NCBI RefSeq assembly: GCF_001949145.1
Contig: NW_019091359.1
Span: 3,076,861 to 3,140,860, forward strand
From: Acanthaster planci
Lineage: Eukaryota
Reading direction: 5' to 3'
Length of the DNA stretch: 64,000 nucleotides
Positions 51,778 through 64,000 of this stretch are shown here, in pieces. The number at the start of each line of letters is the position of its first letter. Position 1 is the stretch's first letter. A program made the position numbers and the translations under genes. The notes below the pieces were generated by a model. That model saw only the letters and a list, made by a program, of their open reading frames with translations, made no database searches and was not told the DNA's origin.

Positions 51778-52911
51778 AGGACTAGTCTCGCGAGTTCAGC
51801 TGGTCGCTTATTGTGGCCTGGTTCATGATACTACCATACTAGGACTGTTATTCCATGAGCTCTGAAACAAGAACTCACAGGCAGGAAAAGGTAGCCATAT
51901 TGAGCACTTACAAAGTTACTTACATAACTTTTACCCGCCAAGTCTAGATTAGCTAAGCTGTGTAAATTGGCAGCACTGTGGAATCCCTTTCATTGCTGGA
52001 TGTGCTGAAACAAACTTCAAATTATTATTAGGGGTAAAGGCAAGGATATATCATAAAGGTGATTAATTTGAAATAAACATAAGGTAAAAGTATAAACCAC
52101 AGTGTGCACCAAATGTCCAACAGTCTCAGCGTTATTAATGGGTTGTTACTTTACTGATTATTTTGTGTGGAAGATACTGTGTAGGGAATGATATACAAAC
52201 ATTACTGAGGTGCTTGGTCAGTACCATTGCACCGTTCTTTTCTTCTTGTTAGTGTAATAACATACAGCCTTGTAAGTCCATCACTTGCTTGATTTCAAGC
52301 TTTTTTTCCCTTGTTTTTTAGATCAACTCACTTTATGTGTATTAACTTTATCCCCCTCCTTCCCCGGCAAAACGGAAAGAGGTACAAGATTTTGCCTTGT
52401 CCTTCCACTTGGCATATTAGGTTGCCATGATTGGTCTATGGTCGGCCTTAGGGTCCCCTAGAAGTGGAATGTTTGTTGGACCCCACAGGTCCGTTACATC
52501 CATCACTGTAAAACACACCAAACCGTTTGCCACCATAACTTCTGGCATAGGAAGCATATCAATTTCCAATGAATTTGGTATGTGGGTTGGTTTAGGGTCC
52601 CCAAGAAGCCAAAGGTCACTGTGGTTAAAAATATAGACTTGATTTTCCCATTGGTAACTGCAAAAGGACTTGGCAAATTGGCTGGATATGTTTCATGAGC
52701 TCGGTTTGATTTGTGTAATATTAAATTTTGTTGTATTTGTGATTATGGAGGAAAGCAAAGTCAGCAGTTTAGACCTGGGTTGAGCAGGGCATTCGTCTTT
52801 CCTCTTCTCAATCCATGTGAGACATTAGTCAGAGGCAGTGTTTTTGCTTTTGGTTTTTAGTTATTATTTAAAGAGTAACCTTGCTGTGTTTGGTGCAAAT
52901 AGTTTATTGTG

Positions 52912-52917
52912 AATAAA
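52912..52917 (+). other. Candidate polyadenylation signal of BCAP31
   Basis: AATAAA about 1.1 kb after the stop; an alternative lies at about 52072. Confidence 0.35.
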
Positions 52918-53918
52918 AGGCAAGTTTTTGATGCATAAGCAAAATACTTCTCGATTAGGGAACATAATTTGAAATAGTTATGCCTAATGTTGCATACATG
53001 TGCATACATTACTAAAACAAAAACCTAAAAGTGTGCTCTAATTTTGTCTTGATGACCAAACATGAAGCTGATGAAACAATACATTACTTCAAATGTGTGG
53101 TAAATTCAAAAAGTTTATTTCCCAAACCAATACATGTTTAAGTACATTTTAGAAATGTGTAATTTTTCCATCATTATGAAATATTGTGAAATGAAAACGG
53201 GACATGTACATGTGGGATACATGAATATCTAAATGTCCAAAGTTTGCTGTATTGATTCACCACACTAAATTGTCCTCACATGAAACTATCAAAACTTTGT
53301 GCAAACAGAAGTGGGTAGTACAGGCTTTATTAAAGGAGCAATGCAATGTATTTTTCTTAGAATCAAGTTTTTCTCCAAACGTTCAAAATTGAACAAAGAG
53401 TTAACACAGTAACGGCTAATGCTGAATGCCGAATAAGTCTGTATGCATGTAAAATGTTAAGGGTTTCAGTTGATTGCACAACATTTTTTGAAAGGCCTTG
53501 AACTCAAAATTGGCTGTAGCAACTTCTTTTATGTTGCATCACGTTTCAAAATCAGGGGAACATTTCATTGCAAATTGAGGAAAAGCAAACTTGTCAAATC
53601 AATTGTAACCCCAACCTGAATCACTCTTTTATGGTTTGTAAATTCTAAGACGTTTTTGTTTCACATAAGCATAATTGTACAAGTGCATACATGTCATCAA
53701 CATGCATGTATACTAGGTAAATTGGTAAAATTTAACATTTTTTGTGTATATTTTCATACTAATAAAGTTGCTTTGCCTTCTGTGCTTAAAAAACTTTTTA
53801 CTGTGCATTTGGTTTTGTGTCCAAAACCCCAGAGATTACATTTTCCCCCAAATTTCCAGGAACAGCTACATGCACAAGTGATGGTCTGTCCTAACGGGAA
53901 AGCCATACGCTGACTCGC

Positions 53919-55770
53919 CTGCGCTGTGTTCCTGAAAGACCTTGGCTTTTGGAAATACCGAGCCAGTTCATTCTGTTGAAATAATGTAAATAACTTTAGC
54001 AACTTTCCTATGACTGGTTTCAGACTTTCCATAGCTTGGGTCTTCTGAACTAATACAAAGACACCAACAAACCTGGAAACAAAATGTGCTTACAAGACAA
54101 ATTCAATCACTGAAAACACATCTTTGCATTTTGCTTCTTTTCATGAGAAAGTTTCCAATAAATTTTGCCTTTGCTTTTTGTAATCCACACGCTACAGCTT
54201 TAACAAGTGAGGGCGCTCTTGATGGGTGATGAGTCCATAACAAAACAGCTCAAAGAGTTTTATGCCCTTCCGCACTAGCTATGGATCCTGAATGAGTGAA
54301 AAAAAAATCTCCGATGACACAAATCATGAGAATAGGTTGGATTCTAATAAAAAGCTGTTAGACTCTGCCGATTACCGGATGTCCATCTACAGTTCAGTGT
54401 TTTGGTTCATCAACAAGGAAGTCATTGTGCTCCTCTGAAACACACAATGCATAACGGCAAATGAAGTGACATACGGCTACCATCGTGTATCGCATTTCAA
54501 GTGAAACAAAACCAAAAGGCCTCCATGTAAACCCAATGAAACATCAGGGGCCAATTTCACGCTGCTGCTTACCGTAAGCGAAACGTTGGCGCTTGCGGTA
54601 GCAGAAAATTCTTTGCTTACGCGATCCTTTTTCACGGCCGAAGAAAATTCTTGCTACTGTAAGCAAGAAATATTTGTCAATGCGCTTGCGTATTTTGCAA
54701 TCGTCTGCTGAAAAAAGTGTTTATCGAAGCATGAACCGAAGAAAAGGTTGCTCAAGTTGCCTGATGAGCAGTAAGGTAATTTGGACGAAATGCCAGGTGA
54801 CTGACTGACTTCCCCCATTTCACTGCAAGGCTGGCCAGCTGGCTCACCAGGTGCCAGCTTGTCAATTGCTGAGAAGATGACTGGCCTTGACTGCCTTCAG
54901 CTGGCTGGCTGGCCGGCCGGCTGGCCCTCACTGGCCATTGGCCCTCTGCATTGGCTGGCTGGCTGGTTGGCCCTCACTGGCCATTGGTCCTCTGCATTGG
55001 CTGGCTGGCTGGTTGGCCCTCACTGGCCATTGGCCCTCTGCATTGGCTGGTTGGCTGGTTGGCCCTCACTGACCATTGGTCCTCTGCATTGGCTGGCTGG
55101 CTGGTTGGCCCTCACTGGCCATTGGTCCTCTNGGTCCTCTGCATTGGCTTACTGGCTGGCCCTCACTGGCCATTGGTCCTCTGCATTGGCTGGCTGGCCC
55201 TCACTGGCCATTGGTCCTCTGCATTGGCTGGCTGGCTGGTTGGCCCTCACTGGCCATTGGTCCTCTGCATTGGCTGGCTGGCCCTCACTGGCCATTGGCC
55301 CTCTGCATTGGCTGGTTGGCTGGTTGGCCCTCACTGACCATTGGTCCTCTGCATTTGGCTGGCTGGCCTATTGGTAGACTAGCTGATAAAACTACAGAAC
55401 TTCAGCCCAGTCAAAACAGATGTAGTTACCTAAAATTAGACCAGAGGAAGGATCTCTACATTAGATTCCTCTCAATTTGTTAAGGTATTTGATAAGGAGA
55501 AACACTCCAGTGGCAAAGAGTATATCCCATCACATTTTCTCCTACAGCTAAACACAAGGAAGACCTACATTCACCTTGCTTTTCAAACGTCAATATTGCC
55601 TAACCTAGAGTACAATTTTTCTTATTTACCCTCTTTGCCAGATTTTTAAATTCACCTTCAAAATCTGTCCAGCACCTCTCCAAAGACTTCATTCTTTACA
55701 TGATCAACTCTTCAACCAATTGCAAGACCCTATCTTTGGTGTGTTTTAAGTTATTTTTTTTAATCTCCAG
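53919..55770 (-). pseudogene. Possible decayed intron-containing gene of unknown family
   Basis: Three phase-compatible exon-like segments: 55770-55630 (one in-frame TAA), 54434-54376 (one in-frame TAG), 54072-53919 (open). Each has a tttcag or ttccag acceptor. No recognisable homology. Confidence 0.3.
54890..55372. repeat. GC-rich minisatellite with 46-bp and 38-bp variants, about 10 copies
   Basis: Unit ggccctcactggccattggtcctctgcattggctggctggctggtt with variable (ggct)n; explains the repetitive Trp/Leu/Gly ORFs at 54859-55483. Confidence 0.95.
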
Positions 55771-56840
55771 CTGAAATTATTATAGACCAACAGTTTTTGA
55801 AAAGTCCTTTTGGGTACTGTAACAAATAATGTTTATGCATAGAGTGTACACATTTTACTGTTCAATATTATATGATACACAATGGTCTGTTTGTTGAAAC
55901 TGATTCACGGAAGACTCGTCTTATTAAAAAGAAAAATAATAAGACACATAAGTAGTCTCTCTAGATCGGTATGTCCTCAAAGCAAAGGAAACATTTCCCA
56001 GGTTGCAAACTTTGTCTCTGGTGAAGAACAAATTGGACTGACTGTTATCACAGGTTCAAAATCTGAGGCTTTTAAGTGTCATTGTAGACATGTCTGGTGC
56101 ACTTCCCAAGCATTTAGGATTTTGTGTCCATAATCGTAGCTTCATGATACCAATTTTATGAAACCACATCAATGCATTTCATACCTCCATTGTGCCAGTT
56201 GCTCTGTTAATATATTCACTATTGGATGTTGGCCTATTGTACATGTACATTAAAAGAAGCCACATGTCAATAAACCTCATGAATTGACCAGGGTTGGAGG
56301 CAATGCATTGGAGGTTTAAAGTAATTCAGGGGTATGTGATATACTGAAGTCCAAGGTTCGTCTAGCTTTCGGTAGTTCCAAAGGGACAGCCCCTTTTTAG
56401 CCTGGATTTCCACTTCAATAGTCCCTCATGTTTGCACACCCAGATCTGCTGTTATGATTTGAGTACACTGTTAAGGTAGACTAGAATTGTCTCCTCATAA
56501 AAATCATGACGTCTGATTTCTCAGTATCAGATTTGTGTACTGGACTGTAGATTTCAGAGGCCGATCTCTTCAGTCAATTGGTGTTTCTTTTTCACTTTGG
56601 GATATATAGTAGTGGAACTTGGGATTGGAAATATGCCAGGAAATCAAGTTGACAATGCTGACAAAATATGTAAGTTGAATTTTTGTGTTCAACTAGTGCC
56701 AGAGATATGATTTTGATTGCTTAGTGTGGCATCATTTACTGTGTTTCACTCTGTGCAAGCATGGCGCACATACATTGTACATGTCCATGTACATGTATGT
56801 AAAATGTACAACAGAGAAGGCCAGAAAGACATTTCAAATC

Positions 56841-57025
56841 CAGTCAAGTCTCGTTATAACAAAGTTACAGGGACCACATAAATTACTTTGTTATAACCAG
56901 GACTTTGTTATAAAAGGAGTGGAAAAACAAAGAAAAACAAGAAAGAAAATACAAATCTCAGATTTTGCAGTTTATAAGTCAGAGTGTTCTGTTATAGAAG
57001 TGTTCATTATATTGAGAATTGATGG
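56841..57025. mobile_element. Short pogo/Tigger-like MITE, diverged
   Basis: cagtcaagtctcgttataac ... attatattgagaattgatgg-ta, with internal repeated gttata motifs. Confidence 0.45.
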
Positions 57026-57131
57026 TAGACAAAATAATTTATTAATCATTGGGAAAAGCACTGAGTTGAAACAATCATAGACATGATTATTGAAAACCCA
57101 TGTCTGGTTGATGCATGTTCCATTCTTCTGA

Positions 57132-57400
57132 CCTGGGTTCCAAGCAGGACAAGGATAATGTGTGGACTGGGTTTGCAGTACCCAGTTCTGTGGGCTTTCC
57201 TGGGTTGGAAGCAGCACCAGGATAATGTGTGGAGACTGGGTTTGCAGTACCCAGTTCTGTGGGCTTTCCTGGGTTGGAAGCAGGACCATGAATATGCGTG
57301 GACTGGCTTTGCAGTACCCAGTTCTGTGGGCTTTCCTGGGTTGGAAGCAGGACCACGATAATGTGTGGACTGGGTTTGCAGTACCCAGTTCTGTGGGCTT
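57132..57400. repeat. About 67-bp minisatellite, about 4 copies
   Basis: Unit ggataatgtgtggactgggtttgcagtacccagttctgtgggctttcctgggttggaagcaggacca. Confidence 0.95.
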
Positions 57401-57715
57401 TGCAAAGAATATCATTGCGAAGGTCTTATCACAAATCTAAATCAAGGTTTGCTCTGCTGGCCTACAACATCTCCATTTCCACAGGCTTCACTGCCTATGC
57501 ACTTTTGACAAACCCCGGGTTTTACCTTTGACTTGAGCAACCACCAGTAACCTGAAACCCTTTAGAACCATTTTTACCATCAACTATGCCCTAATTTTAG
57601 AATCCATATGAAAAATTGCCAAACTAAAAAAGACATAAGCTTTAAAAGACATCATGGAAACAGCATGAAACATGCAACAGCAGAAAAACCACATCACATT
57701 ATATATAGGTTTAAT

Positions 57716-58850
57716 TGTTCTATATCTGCTACGCACTTCGCGGACCTCGCCCAGCGGATCTCACCATGATCGGAATAGGTGGATATCAGTTGTCGTTTTT
57801 TGGAGGTTTCACACTTCTTAATTTTGTTCGTCAAGGAGTTCCATTAGGATTTGAATGTTCTCTACATCCAGTTCTTTTTCTTCTTAGTTGGATAGTAGAG
57901 AGCGATAAATCCTTCACCATACTAGGTCGTGCTTTATACTCTTATGTCTTTTATATGCATTGAGGGGTTAGGAAGAGCACATTGAGACATTCATTTTGGT
58001 CGATCAAATCCTAGTTTTTAAGAAGGGCCAGCACTCGTGGGTAATAAGGCAAAACAAAGACAAGCAGAGTCTTTTTTGTCTTGTTAGTATGCCTGCTTGA
58101 GTTCACGTGAGTCTCACCTTTATGAGGAAGGAGGGTTAAATCTTGGTGGGAGTATCCGCGCTTTATAGAGTACCGACGTGAATACGTCACGCGCACAATT
58201 TGTGTGTAAAAGGCATTAGCGCCAGAACCAGCACGTGAACCAAATTTGTTGTCAGCATCAACAGGGCCACTTCCCACTCTTTTTTACTGTTTGATTTTAA
58301 ACAGCTTCATGGATGATCGCAGTCTGCTTGCTGGAAAAAAAAACCTGTTAGCAAAAGGATTCTATCGACCTATTCTTTCTTAAACCTTCCTTGCACAAAC
58401 TGGTTTACCCTACTTTCTCAGCCATAGCAACACTTCTCTTAACTTAACAAAACAGTCTAGAAAAAACAAAATTCACTGTGGTGGCTGAACTCCACTCTGC
58501 CAAATGTAAGACGTAGAGGCAACATGAATGATTACACCCCTTCCCTATACACACGTGACATCCGCAGAGCGAGAAATGCGGGGCAAGATCCATGGAGCAA
58601 GAACTGCGGGGCAGGNNNNNNNNNNNNNNNNNNNNNNNNNNNNNNNNNNNNNNNNNNNNNNNNNNNNNNNNNNNNNNNNNNNNNNNNNNNNNNNNNNNNN
58701 NNNNNNNNNNNNNNNNNNNNNNNNNNNNNNNNNNNNNNNNNNNNNNNNNNNNNNNNNNNNNNNNNNNNNNNNNNNNNNNNNNNNNNNNNNNNNNNNNNNN
58801 NNNNNNNNNNNNNNNNNNNNATCCATGGGGTGCATGGCAGATGTAGAACA
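57716..58850. mobile_element. Candidate TGT...ACA-terminated inverted-repeat element (contains a gap)
   Basis: tgttctatatctgctacgcac at 57716 mirrors gtgcatggcagatgtagaaca ending at 58850; CpG-rich interior; no clear target-site duplication. Confidence 0.4.
58616..58820. other. Assembly gap
   Basis: Run of N flanked by repeated ggggca(a/g)gatccatgg units. Confidence 1.
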
Positions 58851-61207
58851 CCATAATATAGGTGCAGCCTTTAGACTTGGAGAACCCATCGAGGTGGGCC
58901 ATATGCTCTCATTCAACTCAGGAATGTGGGTATTTCCATTTTGCTTTATGGTCTTCAAATGCATGACATATAAGTGCTCTTATTCATATTAAAATGTTGC
59001 CTGTACATATATTAAAAAGAGCCTGTACATGTAGGTGACTGCAGCTTGGTTTTATTAGTGATTGCCAGTGCTGACGTCAATTCAAATGTCACTTCTCCCA
59101 ACATGAGATGACATTAATTAACCCCAGAACAGATTCATAACAGATGGCTTGGAGTTATAACAACAGTGCCATACAGAATGATTCAATTTTGTGTAGACCA
59201 TAAACACACTACTTGTGATAAAAGATTTGACTTCTGTCGTTGGCCAACCTTCAGAGTTTCAAGAACAGATCAAGCTCTAGGATTTTGCCGAATAATAACC
59301 GAGCAGACCTGCTTTCAGATAAACACAATGGATTCCGTTTAACCTTGGACATGACTGAACCTCCCTGGGTAGTTGTTATAAATTCTTTCTTACTCATGGC
59401 ATTTACATAATAGATAATATTCACACAATCTGTCTGAAAAAGTCTTTCCTCTTTTATACCTGCCGAGTGCATAAATTCTTTACAAATTTTCCTGTTCAAG
59501 ATATAACCGTAGAATGGCTTCATGTGTTTGTATACACACAATAAAAGCAATGGAAATGAAGTTGCCAGCGTCTGACAAATCTGGGGAAAAAGTCCCCCAT
59601 ATGGTTGGATTACGACAGACCACAGATACAATTCATTGATTTATTTGTACGTTCTTTGCCACTGACTGAGTCGTCTATTTTTCCAACTTATCTTGAACAA
59701 GTCTGAGAAAAAAAAGACAATATATCTGCATTCATGACACATTCTTCAACAAGAACAAAAAATTAAAAACTGGTTTCATAAACTGTTTCTTCGTGTTAAA
59801 AAATGACAGATCCCAAAATACACAGTTCATTCTGCTCTTCAGGGTGTGGATTTTGTGATGTCTTACTTTGATGATCCGAAGCTGAAAGAAAGTTATCACT
59901 GGCCCTTTTCTGTTTAGAAAAAAATCTTTAACTATTGTTATTGGTACATACTTTTCAAAAAATTCAACAGAGTAAAAACTAATGAACACAGAGTTCACAA
60001 GGAATCCTGCGATGGAATACCTAGTTTTGTATAAAGTTTAAAGCTTTTACTGTTTGAAGTAATTAGTCAAGTTATGTGTATAGCAAAATTACGACTATCA
60101 AATTGTAAAACTGCTCATGCAAAACACTCAAATGTTTTCACTTGCATAATTTTAGACAGACTGCAATGAACAAAATGTGGGGAAGTTCCATTTCAGACAA
60201 AGGAAACATATTTACACATTTCAATACGACGAAGGAGCATTTGTTCATCTGTTCACCCTAAAAGGAATTTATGGACTGCAACACTTGATGTACATGTTGG
60301 ACAGGTTTTTCGGAAAGTTATTTCATAACCCTGTGACATTTCTTAACTTTGGGGCCTTATCACTTCATTGGAATGAGAAATACATGTATATGCCGTCATT
60401 CTTTTTGTCAACAGTTTTCCACATTAAAAGAAAACTTAATATCGATCCTCGAAAACTGATCATACTCATTTCATAATAATCCTTTCCTTTTCACCTCAAT
60501 TTCTAAAAACCTGTTGGTAGAATGTCAAAGTTAGCAATATAGGCCTTGACACGGTCCCTATAAAGGCAAAACAGACAGGTAAGCCTGCCCTGAGACAGAA
60601 TTGAACTGGCTGGTTTAAAAGTGGAGTAGAATTTGGACCAGGGGCAATTTCTTGATCACCTCTGATACCTGTCTTTTTCGGATAGGCAAGTTTTTTTGAA
60701 GCACTGGATTTCTTGTGAATGCATGTCAGATCAAATCACAACAAATGCCTGCATTTTTACATTCATAATATTTACAGAGTATTTTTTTTTTCCTGCTGGG
60801 TTTTTCTTTAGGGACTGGGTCACGGGCATCCTTCTACCTTGCAGCCAAAACAAATAGGTTGAGCGATTTTTTTCTCCTGTCTGCCTTCCGACAGTGAACC
60901 ACTTGATGCCACATGACTGTAAACACACACGTTTTCTTATTTGGTCTACTCATGTACACTCATTTAAGACTTCTTTTTTCACTTCCATGGTTGAAGTATC
61001 AATGCGTCGCGCTTGGTTGCGTCATAAATAAATTGCAATTTTGAAGAATTTGCAGGGGAAAAAAACCGCCTCGGGCAGCTTCTTCGGGTAAGAAAATCCG
61101 ACATAAACTGGCTACCCACTTGTTTTCCGAAATAGGATTGGTGGGGGTGGTTTACAATATGGGCTTTGGAATTGTGGGCTGTATTGTCTCTCCTCTTACT
61201 TTTAATA

Positions 61208-61545
61208 GGTGAGAATGTGGCCTAATGGGTAGGGTTTGTAGCTTCTGATGATTGGGTCGGTGGTTCGAATCCAGCTGATGGCAGCATGTTGTGATCTTTA
61301 GCAAGTTACTTTACCACTTTGCCTCTCTCCAACCAGGAGTAAATGGGTACCTATGAGGGCAGATATGGTAGTTCAGCCGTTTGCACCAAAATGGCAGCAT
61401 CCGGCTAGTATACTTCCCAGGGAGCTGAGATGGTTTCAGGAATATTCAGATGATGTCAGCCCATCCAATGTGCAGGGATGACAGATGCCTTTGAACGACA
61501 GATACCTTGAGCCTTATAAATGCTTTGATGGTATTATTGTTGGTT
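61208..61545 (+). mobile_element. tRNA-derived SINE with Deu/Nin-like core (same family as 35947-36245)
   Basis: A box tggcctaatgg, B box ggttcgaatcc, core ccaggagtaaatgggtacctatgagggcagatatgg, (tat)n-like tail. Confidence 0.8.
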
Positions 61546-61699
61546 CAATTATTTACTTAATTCGTGTATTAAAGAAGCTAAAACCCAGTCTCTCCCTTAC
61601 AAAAGGGGAAATTGTTAACACACATTCCAATCTCAAAATCTTTAGACAATGCCCTAAACACAACAGAGTGTGACATGTCACAAAAACTTAACAGTATGC

Positions 61700-63810
61700 T
61701 TTGTGGACATAGACTAGATGTAGATGCAGCCATTCGTGACAGTAATCAACAAAAGATTAGTATTCATTGTATTTCTCCATGGATTCCATGGATCAGCAAC
61801 TGATCAAACAGAAACAATCCCTCTGCACCAAAGCCAAATCAAGTGGTAATAGTCATGACTGGTTTAACTACAAGCAAATCTGGAATGAGATAAAGAACAA
61901 AACAAAAAAGGAATACTGGAAATACATCACCAGTCTGTTTACTGTGCCAGATAACAAACACAGTTGTGGAAAATTGGTTCAAGACCAAAGGAGATCCAAG
62001 TGTCCTCCAGCATTCAAGGTACCTGACACACTGCTCCATAAATTGGCTGATATTTGCCAAGCCTTCAACAGTTAGTTTACATCTGTCCTGACTCCAACAC
62101 AGGCTCTTGCAGAAACAGCACCGGTTTGCATCTTACATGTACATGTGCCTATACCTGAGAGCCCCCCTTTGACTATAAATCTTGGCAGGCCCATCATGTC
62201 TCTGTCCAACATAAATCCACATAAAGCACCAGGTCATGACCGGCAAGTCCTCCTCCTTGAAGCTACTTCATCAATCACTCTGCTGTTGATGCGGTTGATA
62301 AATGCTTCATTAGTAACTGGTGTTCTTCCCATGGACAGTAAATTTTCCCAAATAATTACAGTATTTGAGACTGGGAGCCTACTACAGTCCCGTCTCATTA
62401 ATTTCAATTAGTTGCATGGTTAGGGAGAGGGCTGTGGCAGACCACATCTACAGGGTCCAGTCCACTAATTCAAGCCCCATTGAAAACAGCGTAAAATCAG
62501 CCCTGTTCAGGGCCCAATAACATGCACGCCAACATCCCTGAGATTTCTGAAACACAAATTAAATTCTCGTCTGGTCACTTATATTTCAATTTCTTTTCAA
62601 TTTTTTGTGGGTTAACCAATTAAATTTTTAATTATGCCCACAATACAAAATCACCCCCCAAAAAGGGATTTTTTCCGAAGTCTGATTGCAGCCATTTTTC
62701 AAGTGGCAACCCTCAACTTTCTTGGGCACTTAGGACCATTTTTCAACCGTAGTTTTTAGCCATTCTGCTCTCATATAAGCTCAAAGACCCAGGGAGTTGA
62801 CCCGGCAATGATTTACACAATCTCTGGGGGCCATACAATCTCCTTTTTCAAAAGATACCGTGGGGGCACTTTTAATGCTAAATGAGCTGGCCAGAAATTC
62901 TCACTTGAATTAGTGGTCTGCACCCTACAGCCACATCACAGCATGTTGCCTTGACAACCCACAGCAACATGGATTGACTGCACACAAACCATGCGTCACT
63001 CAGCTCACTAGCACAATCCACAATTGGGGAACTATCCTTGACAAGCCAAACCCCCCCAGGCATCAATGCAATTTTCCTTGACTTCAGCATGGCCTTTGAC
63101 AGCAGGTCACACCATATCCTACCCAATAAGCTTGCCTGAAATTACAACATTCAGGAATACACCTGGGTGGGCACAGATAAAGTCATTTGTCATTGGCATC
63201 CAACAACAAGTTACCTACTTGGGAAGTTTCCCTGAGTGGGCACCAATTACTTTGGGTGTCTTGGCCCCCCTCTCTTCACCTTGTTCATAGGAGACATTTC
63301 CCGCAACATAACCATGAACTGCCTGCTTTTTGCAGATGATAAGCTACTCTCTCAGCCAATCAAATCTCCCTAGGATAAGCTCTCATTTCAATCAGACCTA
63401 ACTGCAAGACCACAATGGAGTGAACTCAACTGCATGCAGTTAAATTCAACCAAAACTAAAGTCATGCACATCTCACGATCCTGGAAAACAGCTGTCCTTC
63501 CCGACTGCAAACTTTACGGCTTGTCACTTGTCTCCACTTCAATGTTTGAATATCTTGGAGTTCATACTGTTAATAACTCACCGAACTGGAATGACCACGT
63601 AAACGCCATTGTCTCTAAGGCCAATCAGACGTTAGGTTTTATTTAGCAGACTGCGGAAGGGGTATCAACCAAAGCCTTGGCAGCATTGTATCATTCACTC
63701 ATCTTGCCAATGCTCGAGTATGGATTGCCAGCATGGTGTCCATACACAGCATCAAATATGGCCAAATTGGAGAAGGTGCAAAGGAAGGCTTGTGGGATGT
63801 GTTTGTGATG
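61700..63810 (+). mobile_element. Decayed non-LTR retrotransposon ORF2 (reverse transcriptase, CR1/L2-group), many stops and frameshifts
   Basis: Fragments KAPGHD, QHG...CVTQL, AIFLDFSMAFD, LLFADD, MQLNSTKTKVM, EYLGV, WNDHVNAIVSKANQTLGFI, LYHSLILPMLEYG..AWCPY, LEKVQRKA in the expected order. Boundaries approximate. Confidence 0.9.
62451..62927. mobile_element. Tc1/mariner-type MITE nested in the LINE
   Basis: TA-cagggtccagtccactaattcaag ... cttgaattagtggtctgcaccct. Removing it rejoins the RT frame (DHIY|SHITACCLDNPQQHG). Confidence 0.8.
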
Positions 63811-64000
63811 AAATATTTGCAGTCCCCACACAGTTTCTACCTATCACATGTGTTTGATTTGTAGCATATATCTGACATTAATTACTGTGTGTTAAATGAA
63901 GCACATAACATATAATTTTTTTTTGAGTTGAGTTGATCAATTATTTTTCATTTATTTTCTAGTCAATTTGTCTATGTAAATGTTCCTGGTTATTTACCTT

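Noticed and set aside
52347..52660. Helentron/HINE-like repeat in the BCAP31 3' UTR
   Set aside because: Only a loose resemblance (tttatccccc start, duplicated agggtcccc.agaag); single copy here and too degenerate to call.
54859..55483. Multiple Trp/Gly/Leu-rich repetitive ORFs
   Set aside because: Translation of a minisatellite that is open in several frames.
44417..57400. Tandem arrays at 44417, 54890 and 57132 as CRISPR-like arrays
   Set aside because: Units are contiguous with no unique spacers, there are no cas genes, and the context is eukaryotic.
58118..58330. Exon-like segment with TGA after Cys-Ala (selenoprotein idea)
   Set aside because: Stops in all frames, no CxxU motif, no SECIS seen, and it lies inside a probable mobile element.
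59251..59631. 126-aa - strand ORF
   Set aside because: Non-ATG start, no recognisable motifs and no splice-phase support.

Overview
Intron-rich animal genomic DNA, probably an invertebrate (species cannot be determined from the sequence), with three N-gaps. Three protein-coding genes can be rebuilt by hand with GT-AG junctions and consistent exon phases. (1) A 5'-incomplete FGD-family Cdc42 GEF (Pro-rich/DH/PH/FYVE/PH), + strand, 15 coding exons, 1190-20341. (2) A complete POT1 telomere-protection gene, - strand, 16 coding exons, 39512-26429, about 1046 aa. It has an extra N-terminal OB-like domain and a roughly 280-aa, mostly disordered insert between the two CxxC pairs of the C-terminal OB fold. 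(3) A complete BCAP31/BAP29-family ER membrane protein gene, + strand, 6 coding exons, 43274-51777, head-to-head with POT1 across a CpG-rich interval. Introns and intergenic DNA carry several TTAA-flanked piggyBac-type MITE families, Tc1/mariner/pogo-type MITEs, fold-back elements, two tRNA-derived SINEs, minisatellites and a decayed CR1/L2-group LINE with a nested MITE. A possible decayed spliced gene lies on the - strand at about 53.9-55.8 kb. The POT1 architecture is the most notable item. I see no evidence for a wholly new multi-gene system.
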